This document shows, piece by piece, positions 23,235 to 36,010 of a stretch of 64,000 nt of DNA (within the stretch, counting starts at the first letter, position 1; the number at the start of each line of letters is the position of its first letter). A program made the translations under genes and the position numbers. The notes under the pieces are model-generated. The model made no database searches. It saw only the letters and a list, made by a program, of their open reading frames with translations, and was not told the origin of the DNA. Source of the stretch: Haliotis rufescens (taxonomy: Eukaryota); NCBI RefSeq assembly GCF_023055435.1, contig NW_025964334.1, positions 22,134,001-22,198,000 of the forward strand, written 5' to 3'.

Positions 23235-23869
23235 TACAATGGTGACAATCCAGACCTACTCACTCACTTGACTGTAGGGGATATGTACTGTTAAAACATT
23301 GACCCAGGAATGACCTACATATTGTGGTGATATATATATGTTCCAATCTGGTGGCTTATTGTTCTTCTGGCACTGATGTACTGGTGGTGGCTGGTGCATG
23401 ATGAAGTGTGTGTGTTGGGGGGTGGGGGATTGTGGCAGCCCTGATTATAGACTATACAGATACCATTCATTACCTTGTACACTGTTCCTGTCAATGTAAT
23501 ATTGATGTGGTCAGTCTGTGCCAAAATGGTTTGGGCAACCAGCCAAATTAGCCTTTCAACATAGTCCATGTGTCAATCTTTCCATAGGATATAAGTAACC
23601 ATGGTTACTTGCCTGACAGAAAGTTTACAAGATTTGGGTGTTGGTTTTGAACTGGTTATGTTTTGCATTTTTTAGCCAGCAGGCGTAGGCCCCCCAAAAA
23701 GTGGAACAAACTATACCCGGCATGCTTGGTGTCCTCAAATACAGAAGGAAACTAACAAGAAGGCTTGTCTATGCTTGGCTTGGCTGAAATATTGCTGAGA
23801 CTGGCATTAAGGGCACCCTTTTTATATTTTGTGTTTCATTGATTTGTTCCAGGTTTTCCACACAAGGTC

Positions 23870-24072
23870 GGGGCGGTCGGGTAGCCTACTGGTTAACGCG
23901 TTCGCTAGTCATGTCGAAGACCCAGGTTCGATTCCCGACATGGGTACAATGTGTGAAGCCCACTTCTGGTGACCCCGCCTTGATATTGCTGGAATATTGC
24001 TAAAAGCGGCGTAAAACCTCTCACTCACTCACTCACTCACTCACTCACTCACTCACTCACTCACTCACTCAC
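23870..24072 (+). mobile_element. SINE family A with expanded (CACT)n tail
   Basis: TSD TCCACACAAGGTCGG at 23857-23871 and 24073-24087. Confidence 0.93.
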
Positions 24073-24721
24073 TCCACACAAGGTCGGTCGAAATAAAAAT
24101 AAATAGCTATCTCAGTCATTTATTTGTTATTATGGAAGTCAGTCTGTGGTGGATTTAAAAAACTGCAGCTGGCTTCTTCAATCGCTGATAGGGATAAGAA
24201 CATGGAATTTATATACAACGTTTTATATTTTAAGGAGGGTCTATATCACTAGTGGGAGACATAATAATAGATATTTTTATGTATAATTTATTTGTTTATT
24301 TTCGAACTGCTTTTCAGTAGTGTCCGTGGCCAATGAAACAAAGAATAAAAAATGTGTGGCTTCCTTAACTACAAACTACAGCAATATATGCTACATTTTG
24401 CAGCTGGTTCCGCAAACAATTTCTTTGCCTGATGTTTGTTGGGTCATCTCAGTACTGCAACCATACACCATTCAGCTATCGTATGAGAAGCTCCATGTGC
24501 TTGGTTGGTCACAGAAAGCGGACAACATATTTTAACCTTGCTGCTGGAATGACAGTTCTCTTGTATTGATTTGTATAGTGAAGCCCAGCAGGATGCTATT
24601 TGCGGTCTGAGGCAATTTGTCATTGTTCACCAAGCATACCTCATAACTTACATGGTACACATTTTCCAGAGATAATCCTGCCAAAGTTGAAATAGAATTC
24701 AATTATGCAAATTACTCTTCC

Positions 24722-24735
24722 GTTACCATGGCAAC
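24722..24735. promoter_or_regulatory. Consensus RFX X-box candidate
   Basis: GTTACCATGGCAAC matches GTNRCC-N(0-3)-RGYAAC; function not shown. Confidence 0.35.
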
Positions 24736-26882
24736 GAACTAAATGTCAGTTGTTGTGTTGGCGTGATGACGATTGTAATGTGGCTTCAAGTTGACATCTG
24801 ACTGGGTTCAGTGTTCGTGTTCTGCGTACCATGCTTTCTAATGAATTAAGAATTAACTTGTGCAAAGTGGCATAGTTGGCATATGGTAAAGTAATTAATC
24901 CATTTGTCGGCAAGTATTGTGTGAGCCTGTTTCTATCCTATTATTTAGGTATATTTGTTCTATTCTATTCTTTCTTCAAGATCTTTACTCAGTTAAAATG
25001 AACTCATGGAGTGAGGTTTATCTCTCCACAGTGACGTTGATGAGATTATGTTCTCATTCCGATTTTGTCATACGCTGTCCATATTTCGTAATTTCTAAAT
25101 TGCTTTATGCAGTTTGCTGACAATTTAGATGTTTGTGGCAAGAAATTCATTTCATTTGAGGTGTTTTCATCCAGATTTCAATATGGCTCTGACAACCATC
25201 TTTCATATTCTAGATTAAGATCATATCTATAAACTCAAGGCTCTTTGGATTAAATGAGAACAGTTTACAGTCCTCCAATCATAGAAGACATTTTCATCAC
25301 AATTCCAATATGGCTGTCATTTTCCATGCAATATGCCACAAGGAGCACAAGAAAACAGCTTCATCAATAATGGATGCTACGTTTATCAATGAATTATTCA
25401 GTGGTACAGAAATGGATATTGGAGTTAAAAGCTGCACATTTTGATTGTATTTCGTTTGAAGTCACTAGCTTTGTATAAATGTATGACTCTACCACTGACG
25501 ACCTGCGTGACCTTCATGTGTAGCTTCAGAAACCTATCATATAATCATTTATTCTTTAGAATCGTTAAGCAGTCCAGAGACGGTGGAAAACACAGGGATC
25601 CTTGATGTATTACCTCATTTCTCATCAACTAGTTCAATTTCTGTGACAAAGCCCCTCTGTTACTCATCTTTTGTCTTTGTAACAGGGTGTTTTACAAAGA
25701 TAAGACAAATCACCTACTGGAATGCTGTACACTTTAAAACTGGAGATTTTATTGCTTTCAGATCAACTGTGTATCATCTTGATGGTGTTTGGCAGGATTT
25801 CTCAAAAACTATGTTTACCATATTACAGCTTCCTGTGTACATAATCATTTTTTAATGTTTTTCTTAAAAAGTGCAAAGTTTTATACTAAACATTGATGAT
25901 ATTCATATCTGCTTTTTTTATTTTGATTTGTCCACATAGTTGCCAGATATTCACATTTGGACTGATATGCCATCTACGTTTGTCATTGTATTGGTGTTAT
26001 CCGTCATGTAGATGTGGCAAATATAAGATATCTTGACTGGCATGTGATCAGTTGTGCAGCAGCCTGATACATTGTTCAGGACACAGGATCCAGGTCCTTG
26101 TGTTGGGGCAGATGTATTAGTTCTTAGTGTGTGGATACCTCCGAAGGAGTTGGTGTTGTTGCTACTGGCTATGATATATTTGCTCTGATAGAATGGTGTG
26201 CTTACTTAAGGGGATGATTTAGCTTGGTGCTCTTTGTAACTGTAGCATTGTCTTCCCATTGGTCACCTTGTGATATACTGATGAACACGATGCTATGTTG
26301 TTGGCCCTATTTGGATCTAGGTCAGATGCCTGCAGCACCTATTGCTTGTTGCAAGAGGCAACTCAGTTGGAAGGGTAGTTAGGCTCTGTGGCTTGGCTCA
26401 TAGCATGTCAATGTGCACCAATGGCATGGATCATTAATTATATTCAGTCACTGGTTTGCCTGGTCTGAATGAATGATTTACAGGGCACCATCAATATCGC
26501 CGACTGGCAGCATTTGCTCTCTCACTTAGAAGTGGTACCTCCACTTCTAGATCAGTGTATTTGTGTCTCTTTAGAGTGGGGCATTGCATTGTGTCTCACT
26601 GTGTCTACAGCACAGGTAATTTAAAAAAAAAATTGAACAGGTCATTATTGACTATAACGACACTAAAGTCTAGTTTGAATTTCTTATTTAATATTCAGCA
26701 TGTATTTTGAAAATTGACCAGAACTTAGAATTGTTCCTGCTGTTCTCAAGCTGATTTTTATTATCACTTCTCCCTGATTCTTGTCTAATAAAACAGATGT
26801 GAAATGTCATCCTATGCATTCGTTTGGCTCATGCTCGTCTTGGTATGGCGAGTTAGGCGTTTGATACCTTGTAATATATGTG

Positions 26883-27117
26883 ATGCAGAATTGTGCCACT
26901 TGGGCACACCAGAAACCTATGACCATAGTTTCAAATTCCAGTTCGTCCTGATTATGTTTCTAGGGTTGACACACCTGTGGCTTTCACATTACCAAAGTGG
27001 TAAAAGTCTGAGACCTGCGTCACGAGGGCTTTACTCTCACATTAAGCTGACACGGCATGATATAACAGGAATAATGTTCAAGGCGATGTTAAACCCAACC
27101 CAACTCATCACTCACTC
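26883..27117 (+). mobile_element. SINE family B, diverged and 5'-truncated
   Basis: TGGGCACACCAGAAACCTATGA...CACATTAAGCTGACACGGCATGATATAAC...CACTCACTC. Confidence 0.8.
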
Positions 27118-28063
27118 GTCGTAACATATATGCTTGTTTTTTTGTGTTAAAACATTGACAAGCCATCCCAACCCACTTTTTGCCATGATATAGCGACTAA
27201 CATTGACCCCAGCGTAATTATTGGTACATTCTTCATTGAGTCACTAATGCTGATTCAGCAGTTTGTAGTAGCAGTGTATTAAGATGTCGACTTGTGCTGG
27301 TTTTGCTGTTCACCTCTGAGAAGCCCATCAAAATTCTGATTACGTCATCAGACGTTTATAGTAAAAAACAGCTGTCTCACTACACGTCAGTGACGTGTTC
27401 CCATTTGATGTTGAGCTCTCGTGTATATACATAACCCCAGGTATTTGCAGCCAAGGAATGTCAGACAGGCTCCTTCTTTTCAGAATAATGCTATCAAAAT
27501 CAGTTCTTATGAATCTTGTTAGAAACCGTGCCACTTATCTATGTCATTCAAGGTATCTCCCTTGCACTGATGTGGCTGCAGGAACTAAATTCCTCAGCTC
27601 TATATTTCTGTTGTTTCTCTCATCACCCCCGTTGTGGGGGATTCGAATGGTGGAGGAGGATGGCCTCACTACAGCAGTGAGACTGACGTAGGGGTACAAC
27701 CAACGCGGCCCAGCCCAAGGCAGGTATTTAGGCCTCTGGGTTACAAATCACGTTCAGCTAGTTCTGTTTGCTTCTCAGATGTTTTAGCACTTACACCATG
27801 TATGTAAGTACTATGTGAAGGTTCTTCAGGTTATCTCATGGAGCAAGGTATTGCTGCTTCTCCTCCCGGTACAGAATTAAGTGGGACTATTTTCAGCCAG
27901 GTATTTTGGCTTTTAGGTTAATCATACTTTTGAAGCTCGTCTCTTTTGAAAGAAGACTAATTTGCGTTGTGTAAGCAGTTTACACAATGAAATGAACATC
28001 AAAAGGTAACCTGGGGATGGGTGCTGAACAGTCTGTGTACGAGGCTTGAGTCTTCAACATGTG

Positions 28064-29751
28064 GAGGGTGTGGAGTAAAATACAGGCCAAACTGCTTTAT
28101 ATAGAATGAGTGAGTGAATGGTGTCAGAATAAACAGTGGTTGATAGTATGAGCACTAGCCATGCGATATGAGGGTGTGGAGCGAAATATAGGCCAAACTA
28201 CTTTATATAGAATGAGTGAGTGAATGGTGTCAGAATAAACAGTGGTTGATAGTATGAGCACTAGCCATGCGATATGAGGGTGTGGAGCGAAATATAGGCC
28301 AAACTACTTTATATAGAATGAGTGAGTGAATGGTGTCAGAATAAACAGTGGTTGATGGTATGAGCACTAGCCATGCGATATGAGGGTGTGGAGCGAAATA
28401 TAGGCCAAACTACTTTATATAGAGTGAATGGTGTCAGAATAAACAGTGGTTGATAGTATGAGCACTAGCCATGCGATATGAGGGTGTGGAGCGAAATATA
28501 GGCCAAACTACTTTATATAGAATGAGTGAGTGAATGGTGTCAGAATAAACAGTGGTTGATAGTCTGAGCACTAGCCATGCGATATGAGGGTGTGGAGCGA
28601 AATATAGGCCAAACTACTTTATATAGAATGAGTGAGTGAATGGTGTCAGAATAAACAGTGGTTGATAGTATGAGCAATAGCCATGCGATATGAGGGTGTG
28701 GAGCGAAATACAGGCCAAACTACTTTATATAGAATGAGTGAGTGAATGGTGTCAGAATAAACAGTGGTTGATAGTATGAGCACTAGCCATGCGATATGAG
28801 TGTGTGGAGTAAAATACAGGCCAAACTGCTTTATATAGAATGAGTGAGTGAATGGTGTCAGAATAAACAGTGGTTGATAGTATGAGCACTAGCTATGCGA
28901 TATGAGGGTGTGGAGCGAAATATAGGCCAAACTACTTTATATAGAATGAGAGAGTGAATGGTGTCAGAATAAACAGTGGTTGATAGTATGAGCACTAGCC
29001 ATGCGATATGAGTGTGTGGAGTAAAATACAGGCCAAACTGCTTTATATAGAATGAGTGAGTGAATGGTGTCAGAATAAACAGTGGTTGATAGTATGAGCA
29101 CTAGCCATGCGATATGAGGGTGTGGAGCGAAATATAGGCCAAACTACTTTATATAGAATGAGTGAGTGAATGGTGTCAGAATAAACAGTGGTTGATAGTA
29201 TGAGCACTAGCCATGCGATATGAGGGTGTGGAGCGAAATATAGGCCAAACTACTTTATATAGAATGAGTGAGTGAATGGTGTCAGAATAAACAGTGGTTG
29301 ATAGTATGAGCAATAGCCATGCGATATGAGGGTGTGGAGCGAAATACAGGCCTAACTGCTTTATATAGAATGAGTGAGTGAATGGTGTCAGAATAAACAG
29401 TGGTTGATAGTATGAGCACTAGCCATGCGATATGAGTGTGTGGAGTAAAATACAGGCCAAACTGCTTTATATAGAATGAGTGAGTGAATGGTGTCAGAAT
29501 AAACAGTGGTTGATAGTATGAACACTAGCCATGCGATATGAGGGTGTGGAGCGAAATATAGGCCAAACTACTTTATATAGAATGAGTGAGTGAATGGTGT
29601 CAGAATAAACAGTGGTTGATAGTATGAGCACTAGCCATGCGATATGAGGGTGTGGAGCGAAATATAGGCCAAACTACTTTATATAGAATGAGTGAGTGAA
29701 TGGTGTGAGAATAAACTGGTTGATAGTATGAGCACTAGCCATGCGATATGA
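28064..29751. repeat. 106-bp tandem satellite, 16 copies
   Basis: Unit GAGGGTGTGGAGCGAAATATAGGCC...GCACTAGCCATGCGATAT with period 106 (unit 4 is 98 bp). Copies are nearly identical. Confidence 0.97.
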
Positions 29752-30696
29752 CCATGTGACCCACAGATCCCATTTTTGAAGGCTTGTAATCAAAACCTTT
29801 TCTGACACAGATCTCTTTTAGGGAACTGATAAGCCTCTGTCCATGGCAGGGTTGAACATGAGTGCTCGAATAGCAGAATTATAGAATTTTCACCCTTTCT
29901 TTATATGACTTGAAAAAACAGATAGTAGCAATCAGTGCCTTTAGCCACTAGTCTGAAGCCCTAGTCTGTTTGGTGTTGTAAGCTCAGCTATTAGTAGTCC
30001 AAATAGAACACTAATATCTACTGAAAATAATGGCAACAACTATGTTTGGACTTGTAGACTTGTTGTTTTTGACATGGACTGTAAATAGGTTGGACAAAAG
30101 GATAACAATAATTGAAGTCTTTATAAGATGATATTCACAGATACCACATAGGAAGAAATAATTATACGTTGTCTGTTTTGTCTCATTATAAAGCACAATT
30201 AGTTATAATGTTGAAAACATAAGGTTGCAGTTCTTTTTCCCAGATCTAGCTTAAAATGCTATGTGACCCTTTGTCATCCGTGTCCATAAACGTTTTATGT
30301 TTTAGATTTAATACTGCTGGATAGAGTCGAGTGAATATTGTTATGCTTGTTACTGTGAGGGGTTCAAGGTATCAAAGCCACAATGTTGATATCGCAGCCA
30401 GGGAGGCATCTTTGATTTCATAGAAAAACCCTAAAACATCTTCTCTGGAACTCTCTCTTTGAAACATCTCAGAAACCACTGGACCAACGAAAACATCACA
30501 TGCTAATGTTCCCACCAAGACCAAAACCTCAATTTGTTTAAGAGCTTTGTAACCTCAGCCATTAGCCATTTTTGTCGCTATTTTTTGGTCAAATGTGACA
30601 AGAAAATGATGCGATGCATCAACACAGCGGCAAACTCGTTGTTCGTCAAATTATGTTTACAATGAAATAATTTCCCAAAATTATTTCGTCAACACA

Positions 30697-30808
30697 GGCA
30701 TTTTTAAAGCAATATCAAGAAAATTGGTTTCAATTCATTTCCTGTTTTATGTCTTAAACCATATTTTTGCCTAATATGCGATTACCTCCTTTACATACTG
30801 AATCTGAT
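30697..30808 (+). repeat. Dispersed repeat segment, second copy at 32883-32992
   Basis: Shared GGCAT.TTTAAAGCAATAT...GGTTTCAATTCATTTCCTGTTTTA..TCTTAAACCATATTTTTG...ATTACCTCC.TTACAT. Confidence 0.75.
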
Positions 30809-31061
30809 CAACTTTCCAGTCAAATGAGCGCAGAAGCTTATTCAGGCCAAAACTAGGTCAAGCCGCATTCTGCTTATGATGAACCTGAACGAGGGCATTG
30901 TCTCTCTCCCATTATTGCGGTAAACGTTTTGACAAATTTCTTGCATTTCAGGTTTGAAATAAAACTAAAACTGAACATCTAACAAAACAATTACCACTAG
31001 ACGAATATGGCATGTCATAAACAATTGTTTAAAAAAATAGAAATGCATGTACTTTCTATTC

Positions 31062-31125
31062 CATTACCCTTAAGGCCATATTTCAATTACCCATAAGGCC
31101 TGATTTCAATTACCCATAAGGCCTG
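31062..31125. repeat. 22-bp unit, 3 copies
   Basis: TTTCAATTACCCATAAGGCC repeated in tandem. Confidence 0.8.
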
Positions 31126-31250
31126 TAGACTTTTCAGAAAACTATTACAAACAAAAGAAAAAATGTTACAGATTATTATATCAACACAGACACATTTAGA
31201 AGAAGAAAAAAACATGTCCCCACAGACTTTTAACTAGTCTATTACAAACA

Positions 31251-31417
31251 GGGGCGGTCGGGTAGCCTAGTGGTTAAAGCGTTCGCTCGTCTCGCCGAAG
31301 ACCCGGGTTCGATTCCCGGCATGGGTACAATGTGTGAAGCCCATTTCTGGTGTCCCCCGCCGTGATATTGCTGGAATATTGCTAAAAGCGGCGTAAAACC
31401 ATACTCACTCACTCACC
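31251..31417 (+). mobile_element. SINE family A, near consensus
   Basis: Full length; TSD ATTACAAA(C/T)A. Confidence 0.93.
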
Positions 31418-31802
31418 ATTACAAATAGACCATGGAATGAAATGTGATTTTTGTTTGGTTGGTAGTTGGACTCAGACGTATTTGATATTTTTACCTTGTT
31501 TTAACCTTGTATTAAACTCTCTCAAAGTGCATGTATTGGTCTCTAATCCTCCTGAAATTGTCAGACTGAGAAATCAATGAGGAATCTATGGCATCAATGT
31601 TTCTCCTTATGGTAACAAAATATTTTGTCCAAATCGGTAGGATTTTACCGTTCTTCTTAAGATAGTGCACAACCAGGCATAACGTACCTAACCCACCCCC
31701 CACCCCCACCCCATCTTGGGGATGGAGTATTTTGGAAGAAAAGGTTTTTCGATTATTAGGCACAGTAAAAAAAACTACATGGTATCCCTTCTGCGAATCC
31801 TT

Positions 31803-31959
31803 GGGCGGTCGGGTAGCCTAGTGGTTAAAGCGTTCGCTCGTCATGCCAAAGACCCGGGTTCAATTTTCGACATGGGTACAATGTGTGAAGCCCATTTCTG
31901 GTGTCCCCCGCTGTGATATTGCTGGAATATTGCTAAAAGCGGCGTAAAACCATACTCAC
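31803..31959 (+). mobile_element. SINE family A
   Basis: Full length; TSD TCTGCGAAT at 31790-31798 and 31960-31968. Confidence 0.92.
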
Positions 31960-32785
31960 TCTGCGAATTCAGGGAAATAAACAGGTGATAACAAACTTCG
32001 TCAAACTTGTTTTTTAGGTCCACCTGGAGATTCACACAGAAGATATTTGAATAACAGTGCTGATTTGTTGACTGTCTGTCTTTGTTGGTTTTATGCTGTT
32101 GACTTTGTATGCAGGTGATGTTCAATTCAGTGGCACCGTGTTTTGTTTTTATATCAGATGGCTGAAGCTAGGACTAACACACCATTCCCTACTTTGTCTA
32201 CAATGGATGTAATTGCTCTCAGGCAAATGTGTCTGTATTCGCATCAGGTGCAATGTCCCTTATACATTATTAGACATGTTGGGCTCATGTTGCATAAATA
32301 TCAGATATTAGAGGCCTTGATCAACAATATTGAATAAAGGGTCATGTAGTTTTGCCAATCCCATCACCTGCCACCACTACTTCGCAGAACATATATTTAT
32401 GACCTGTCGTGGAACATTTATATATTATGATCTGTCGTCTCCTGAGTGTGGAGTAAATATGGCGGTTGGGATGGATGCTGATTGTGAATGTGACATGGAT
32501 CGTGCTGTGGCAATGATGTAGGGGCATTGATAGTGATATGACCGGAATGAAAAGATCAGGGTTTTTAGCCAGGTATTTGGACTTGCTGCTGGTCGGAGGA
32601 TGATTGGGAGAAATATAGTTGTCCGACCTAATTTGGAAATTTTGTGTTCTTTGAAACATGAGTCACTGCTTCAGGTTCGCATGATCACGTGATCATTTGT
32701 TTAAGACCGTGATAAATGAATTAAAGGAGCTACGTATACCATACATTTTGAAGTACATACTTGGTCACGCTTTATATTATTTATA

Positions 32786-32882
32786 GGGCGGTCGGGTAGC
32801 CTAGTGGTTAAAGCGTTCGCTCGTCACACTGAAGCCCCGGGTTCGATTTCCCGACATGGTTATGGTGTCCCCCGCCGTGATA
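32786..32882 (+). mobile_element. SINE family A, internally deleted and tail-less
   Basis: Intact head, then TGGTGTCCCCGCCGTGAT fused to the 32883-32992 repeat. Confidence 0.82.
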
Positions 32883-33671
32883 GGCATGTTTAAAGCAATA
32901 TGAACATTATAGGTTTCAATTCATTTCCTGTTTTACATCTTAAACCATATTTTTGACTTCTATGCAATTACCTCCCTTACATGCTGAATTTGAGTTTTTA
33001 AAAAAAATTTTTTTTTAGAAAAATATAAATTCCACAGACATGGCCCAGTTCCCAGTTTTGCATTTATGTAATCTGTGCTAAATATGGCCTGTTGGCAATT
33101 TAATTGGAATCCTTGTGTTCTTGCACTAAACTTGTGCACAGCAGTTAACCAGTTCAAGCTCCTGTGAAAGTGCTACACAACGAATATGTGTAAGTACAAG
33201 CTTGCCTCATGGTTGTAATACCTTCATGAGGCAAGGCATAAACACATTGATTCACTTGCCAATGTTTCTATTTTCTGTCTTAACCATATTGGTTGATTGG
33301 TTGCCCCTTGCAAGCTTCCAGTGGCAGAGACTGGCATGTGCTGGGGTCTGGTTGTATGCTGGTGACAGACTGGCTTGATCAAACAACTTCTCTGCCTTCA
33401 TTGCATCTGGAGCTGGGCCAACATATTATATAGTCTCAGAGGGAGGTGAATGGAATGTCCTTCAAATGCATGAGACATTTTCTCCTTGCTTCATGTAGTG
33501 ATTCCTGGTGGAAGATGAGTAGAATGTGTTCAGTATGTGTAAATAACCTTCCAGATCTGTTGTTCTGCTCTTGTTTAGATGGTAATGAGAGGGAGGTGAA
33601 TGGGATAGCTTTGATATGGAACAGTCAGTCCATTTTGATTTTTGTAGTGAAGTGTCTTGATGGTCAGATTA

Positions 33672-33877
33672 GTTTGCTTGTTTGTTGTTTTATGCCTCGC
33701 TCAGAAATATTCCAGCTATATGACCGCGGTCTGTGCATAATGGACCAGACAATCCAGTGATTGATATCATGAGCAATCGGGATATGATAACATGCAACTA
33801 AGTCAGCTACCCTGAACACACAATCCTGTTAAACGCCTCTTCCAACAAGCATGGGTTGCCATGAACCAATTCTAACC
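33672..33877 (-). mobile_element. Family C retroposon, diverged
   Basis: TTTGTTGTTT...AATATTCCAGCTATATGAC...GGACCAGACAATCCAGTGATTG...CAAGCATGGGTTGC. Confidence 0.8.
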
Positions 33878-33913
33878 TAAATAACTGATAGTAGGTGTAC
33901 GCAATTTTTGCAG

Positions 33914-33995
33914 TGTTTTGCTCACAATTCCAGAGTCAGTGAGTGAAAATTGTTTTTTGCTCACAATTCCAGAGTCAGTGAGTGAAAATTGTTTT
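33914..33995. repeat. 39-bp tandem duplication
   Basis: TTTTGCTCACAATTCCAGAGTCAGTGAGTGAAAATTG occurs twice. Confidence 0.9.
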
Positions 33996-34043
33996 ACACT
34001 TCTGTCAGCAATATTTCAGCTCTGACACAACAGCTTTAAATTA

Positions 34044-34277
34044 CCTTGAACTGAAGATCCAGATTACAATAGGTCTTCAGCAACCCATGCTTACTGTAAG
34101 AGGATCGGGTGGTCAGGCTCGCTGACTTGGTTGATGCATGTCATCGTATTCCAATTGCGTAGATCGATGCTCATGATGTCGACCACTGGATTGTCTGGTC
34201 CAGACTGTATTATTTACAGACCGCCGTCAGATGACTGGAATATTTCTGAGTGTGGCCTATACAACAAATAAACAAAA
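34044..34277 (+). mobile_element. Family C retroposon
   Basis: TGAAGATCC...GGTCTTCAGCAACCCATGC...AAAC tail; ACAACAGC(T/C)TTA on both sides. Confidence 0.85.
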
Positions 34278-34505
34278 ACAACAGCCTTAGTAAGTATGCA
34301 AGGCTTACCAGTTATTGACAGCATGAAATGATGAACTGGTTGGATATGTTGACACTCAATCAGACCACCCAATCATCATTTGGTTGGCTGTTAATTGGCT
34401 CATCACTGCTTGTTTGTATGGAGATGGAAATCCGGTGGTGTACTCATTGCTCCTTGATCGTATGCAGATGGAACAGTCCCATGGTGTACTCAGTGCTCCT
34501 TCATA

Positions 34506-34602
34506 TACTCTTCGAAAGAACTTAAAGAACACCTGGCTCTTTCATAATACTATAGTTAATCTGGCAGGGCATCAGGTGTTCTTTAACTTCTTTTGAATAG
34601 TA
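34506..34602. mobile_element. Short Tc1-like palindromic MITE, second copy at 62440-62537
   Basis: TIR-like AAAGAA.TTAAAGAACACCTG/CAGGTGTTCTTTAACTTCTTTT in a TA-rich context. Confidence 0.65.
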
Positions 34603-35844
34603 TCTATACACATTGAAAAGGCTGATGTGAAAATTGTCAGTCTGTCTATCAAACCTTGTATCATGTGTTGCGACTATTTAGTAGGTGATGAATGTAGCAC
34701 TGATGTTACCATTTTTATGCAGTTCACCCACCAGAAGGAGAGGCATGCACCGTTCTGCCACCAGCACCTACGTGCATTGTGTTTGAGAACAGAGACATTG
34801 AACTGTAGTGGTAGCAACTGATTCTATCTCTGCTACCACATTCTCTATTCCAAGCACATTTCTCCCTAGTGATGTACACAAAGTAAGATCAAAGACAGCT
34901 TGAAAGGGAAGGAAGCTGGCATTCATTCCTCATCATTTGTATTCTTGCGGCTGACGTAATTCATTTCCATATATTCTCCCCCACTGCAGTGTAACAATGT
35001 GTTCATTTTGCCCCACAATGGTGCCTGTAGCAGCCTTCGGCAGGAATCTGCCTACCAACATGCACAGCCAAACCCTTGGGACATTCCTCGTATTGTGTTT
35101 TTCCCTCCTAATTTCATCATATTAGCCAGAAATTTTGTATCCCCAAGGTAGTCTCACCTAGCCTGGTTTCACCCAGGCCTTCAATTCACTGAGCTGAAAA
35201 TGGATAAAAAACCTCATTCAAATCATGCGACACTTCTGAAGAGATCTAAACTTGGCACTTATTCTTGTCTCATGAACTGAAAGCTTGTCCTCTTTGCTAT
35301 GCAAACTGTTTCATTGTTCTGAGTGCACCCGTCGTAATCTCCCTTCTGAGATTTGTAAGACCAATGGGGTATGCGTTCAATGTCCGAAAGCCTGATCCCT
35401 CCTTCAGCATGAACCGTGTGTCCGGAAACTGTATATTCCCTCTGCAGTGGCCGTGAGTGTTGGAGTGGATTCCACACCTGTGAAGAGACGCTTAGACTAG
35501 ACACTGAAGCTTTGGTTACCTACTTTCCATCCTCGGCTATATCCCTCTTTATGAAGCCTCTTGTCTCGAGTGATCCCAACAGGTTTTCCCAATGCAGGGG
35601 ATTGTTTATAGTGCATGGCATAGCACAGGAAACATACTAAGTATTAACCTTTCATCAACTGAAAGCAAGACGCAAACCTTGCTCTAGACACCCATGCATG
35701 AGATAAGTGAATTTTCTGTCAGAAATGGACTAGCTTGTTTTGAATTGTTTGTCACATGGGCAAGTTAACCTGCTTCGGAAGAGGAACAGCTTGTGCTGTT
35801 GATACTTAATTGAAAGGGATGGTAACATGTTCCATTGGTTAGAG

Positions 35845-36010
35845 TGAGTGAGTGAGTATGGTTTTACGCCGCTTTTAGCAATATTTCAGCAACATCACGG
35901 CAGGGGACACCAGAAATTGGCTTCACACATTGTACCCATGTCGGGAATTGAACCCAGGTCTTCGGTGCGACGAGCGAACGCTTTAACCACTAGGCTACCC
36001 GCCCGCCCCC
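35845..36010 (-). mobile_element. SINE family A
   Basis: Perfect 14-bp TSD TCCATTGGTTAGAG at 35831-35844 and 36011-36024. Confidence 0.93.

Noticed and set aside
28064-29751. Regular array as a CRISPR locus
   Set aside because: Whole 106-bp units repeat with no unique spacers, there are no cas genes, and the context is eukaryotic.
30233-30560. Helentron-like non-autonomous element
   Set aside because: Only scattered resemblance (ATCTTCTCTGGAA, CTCAGAAACCACTGGACCAA); termini could not be defined.
31251-31325. tRNA-Asp gene
   Set aside because: The acceptor stem does not close, and the sequence continues into a SINE body and tail with a TSD. The same applies to all A, B and D heads.
34990-35640. 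Possible decayed gag/ORF1 zinc-knuckle region
   Set aside because: No complete CCHC pattern could be assembled in any frame.
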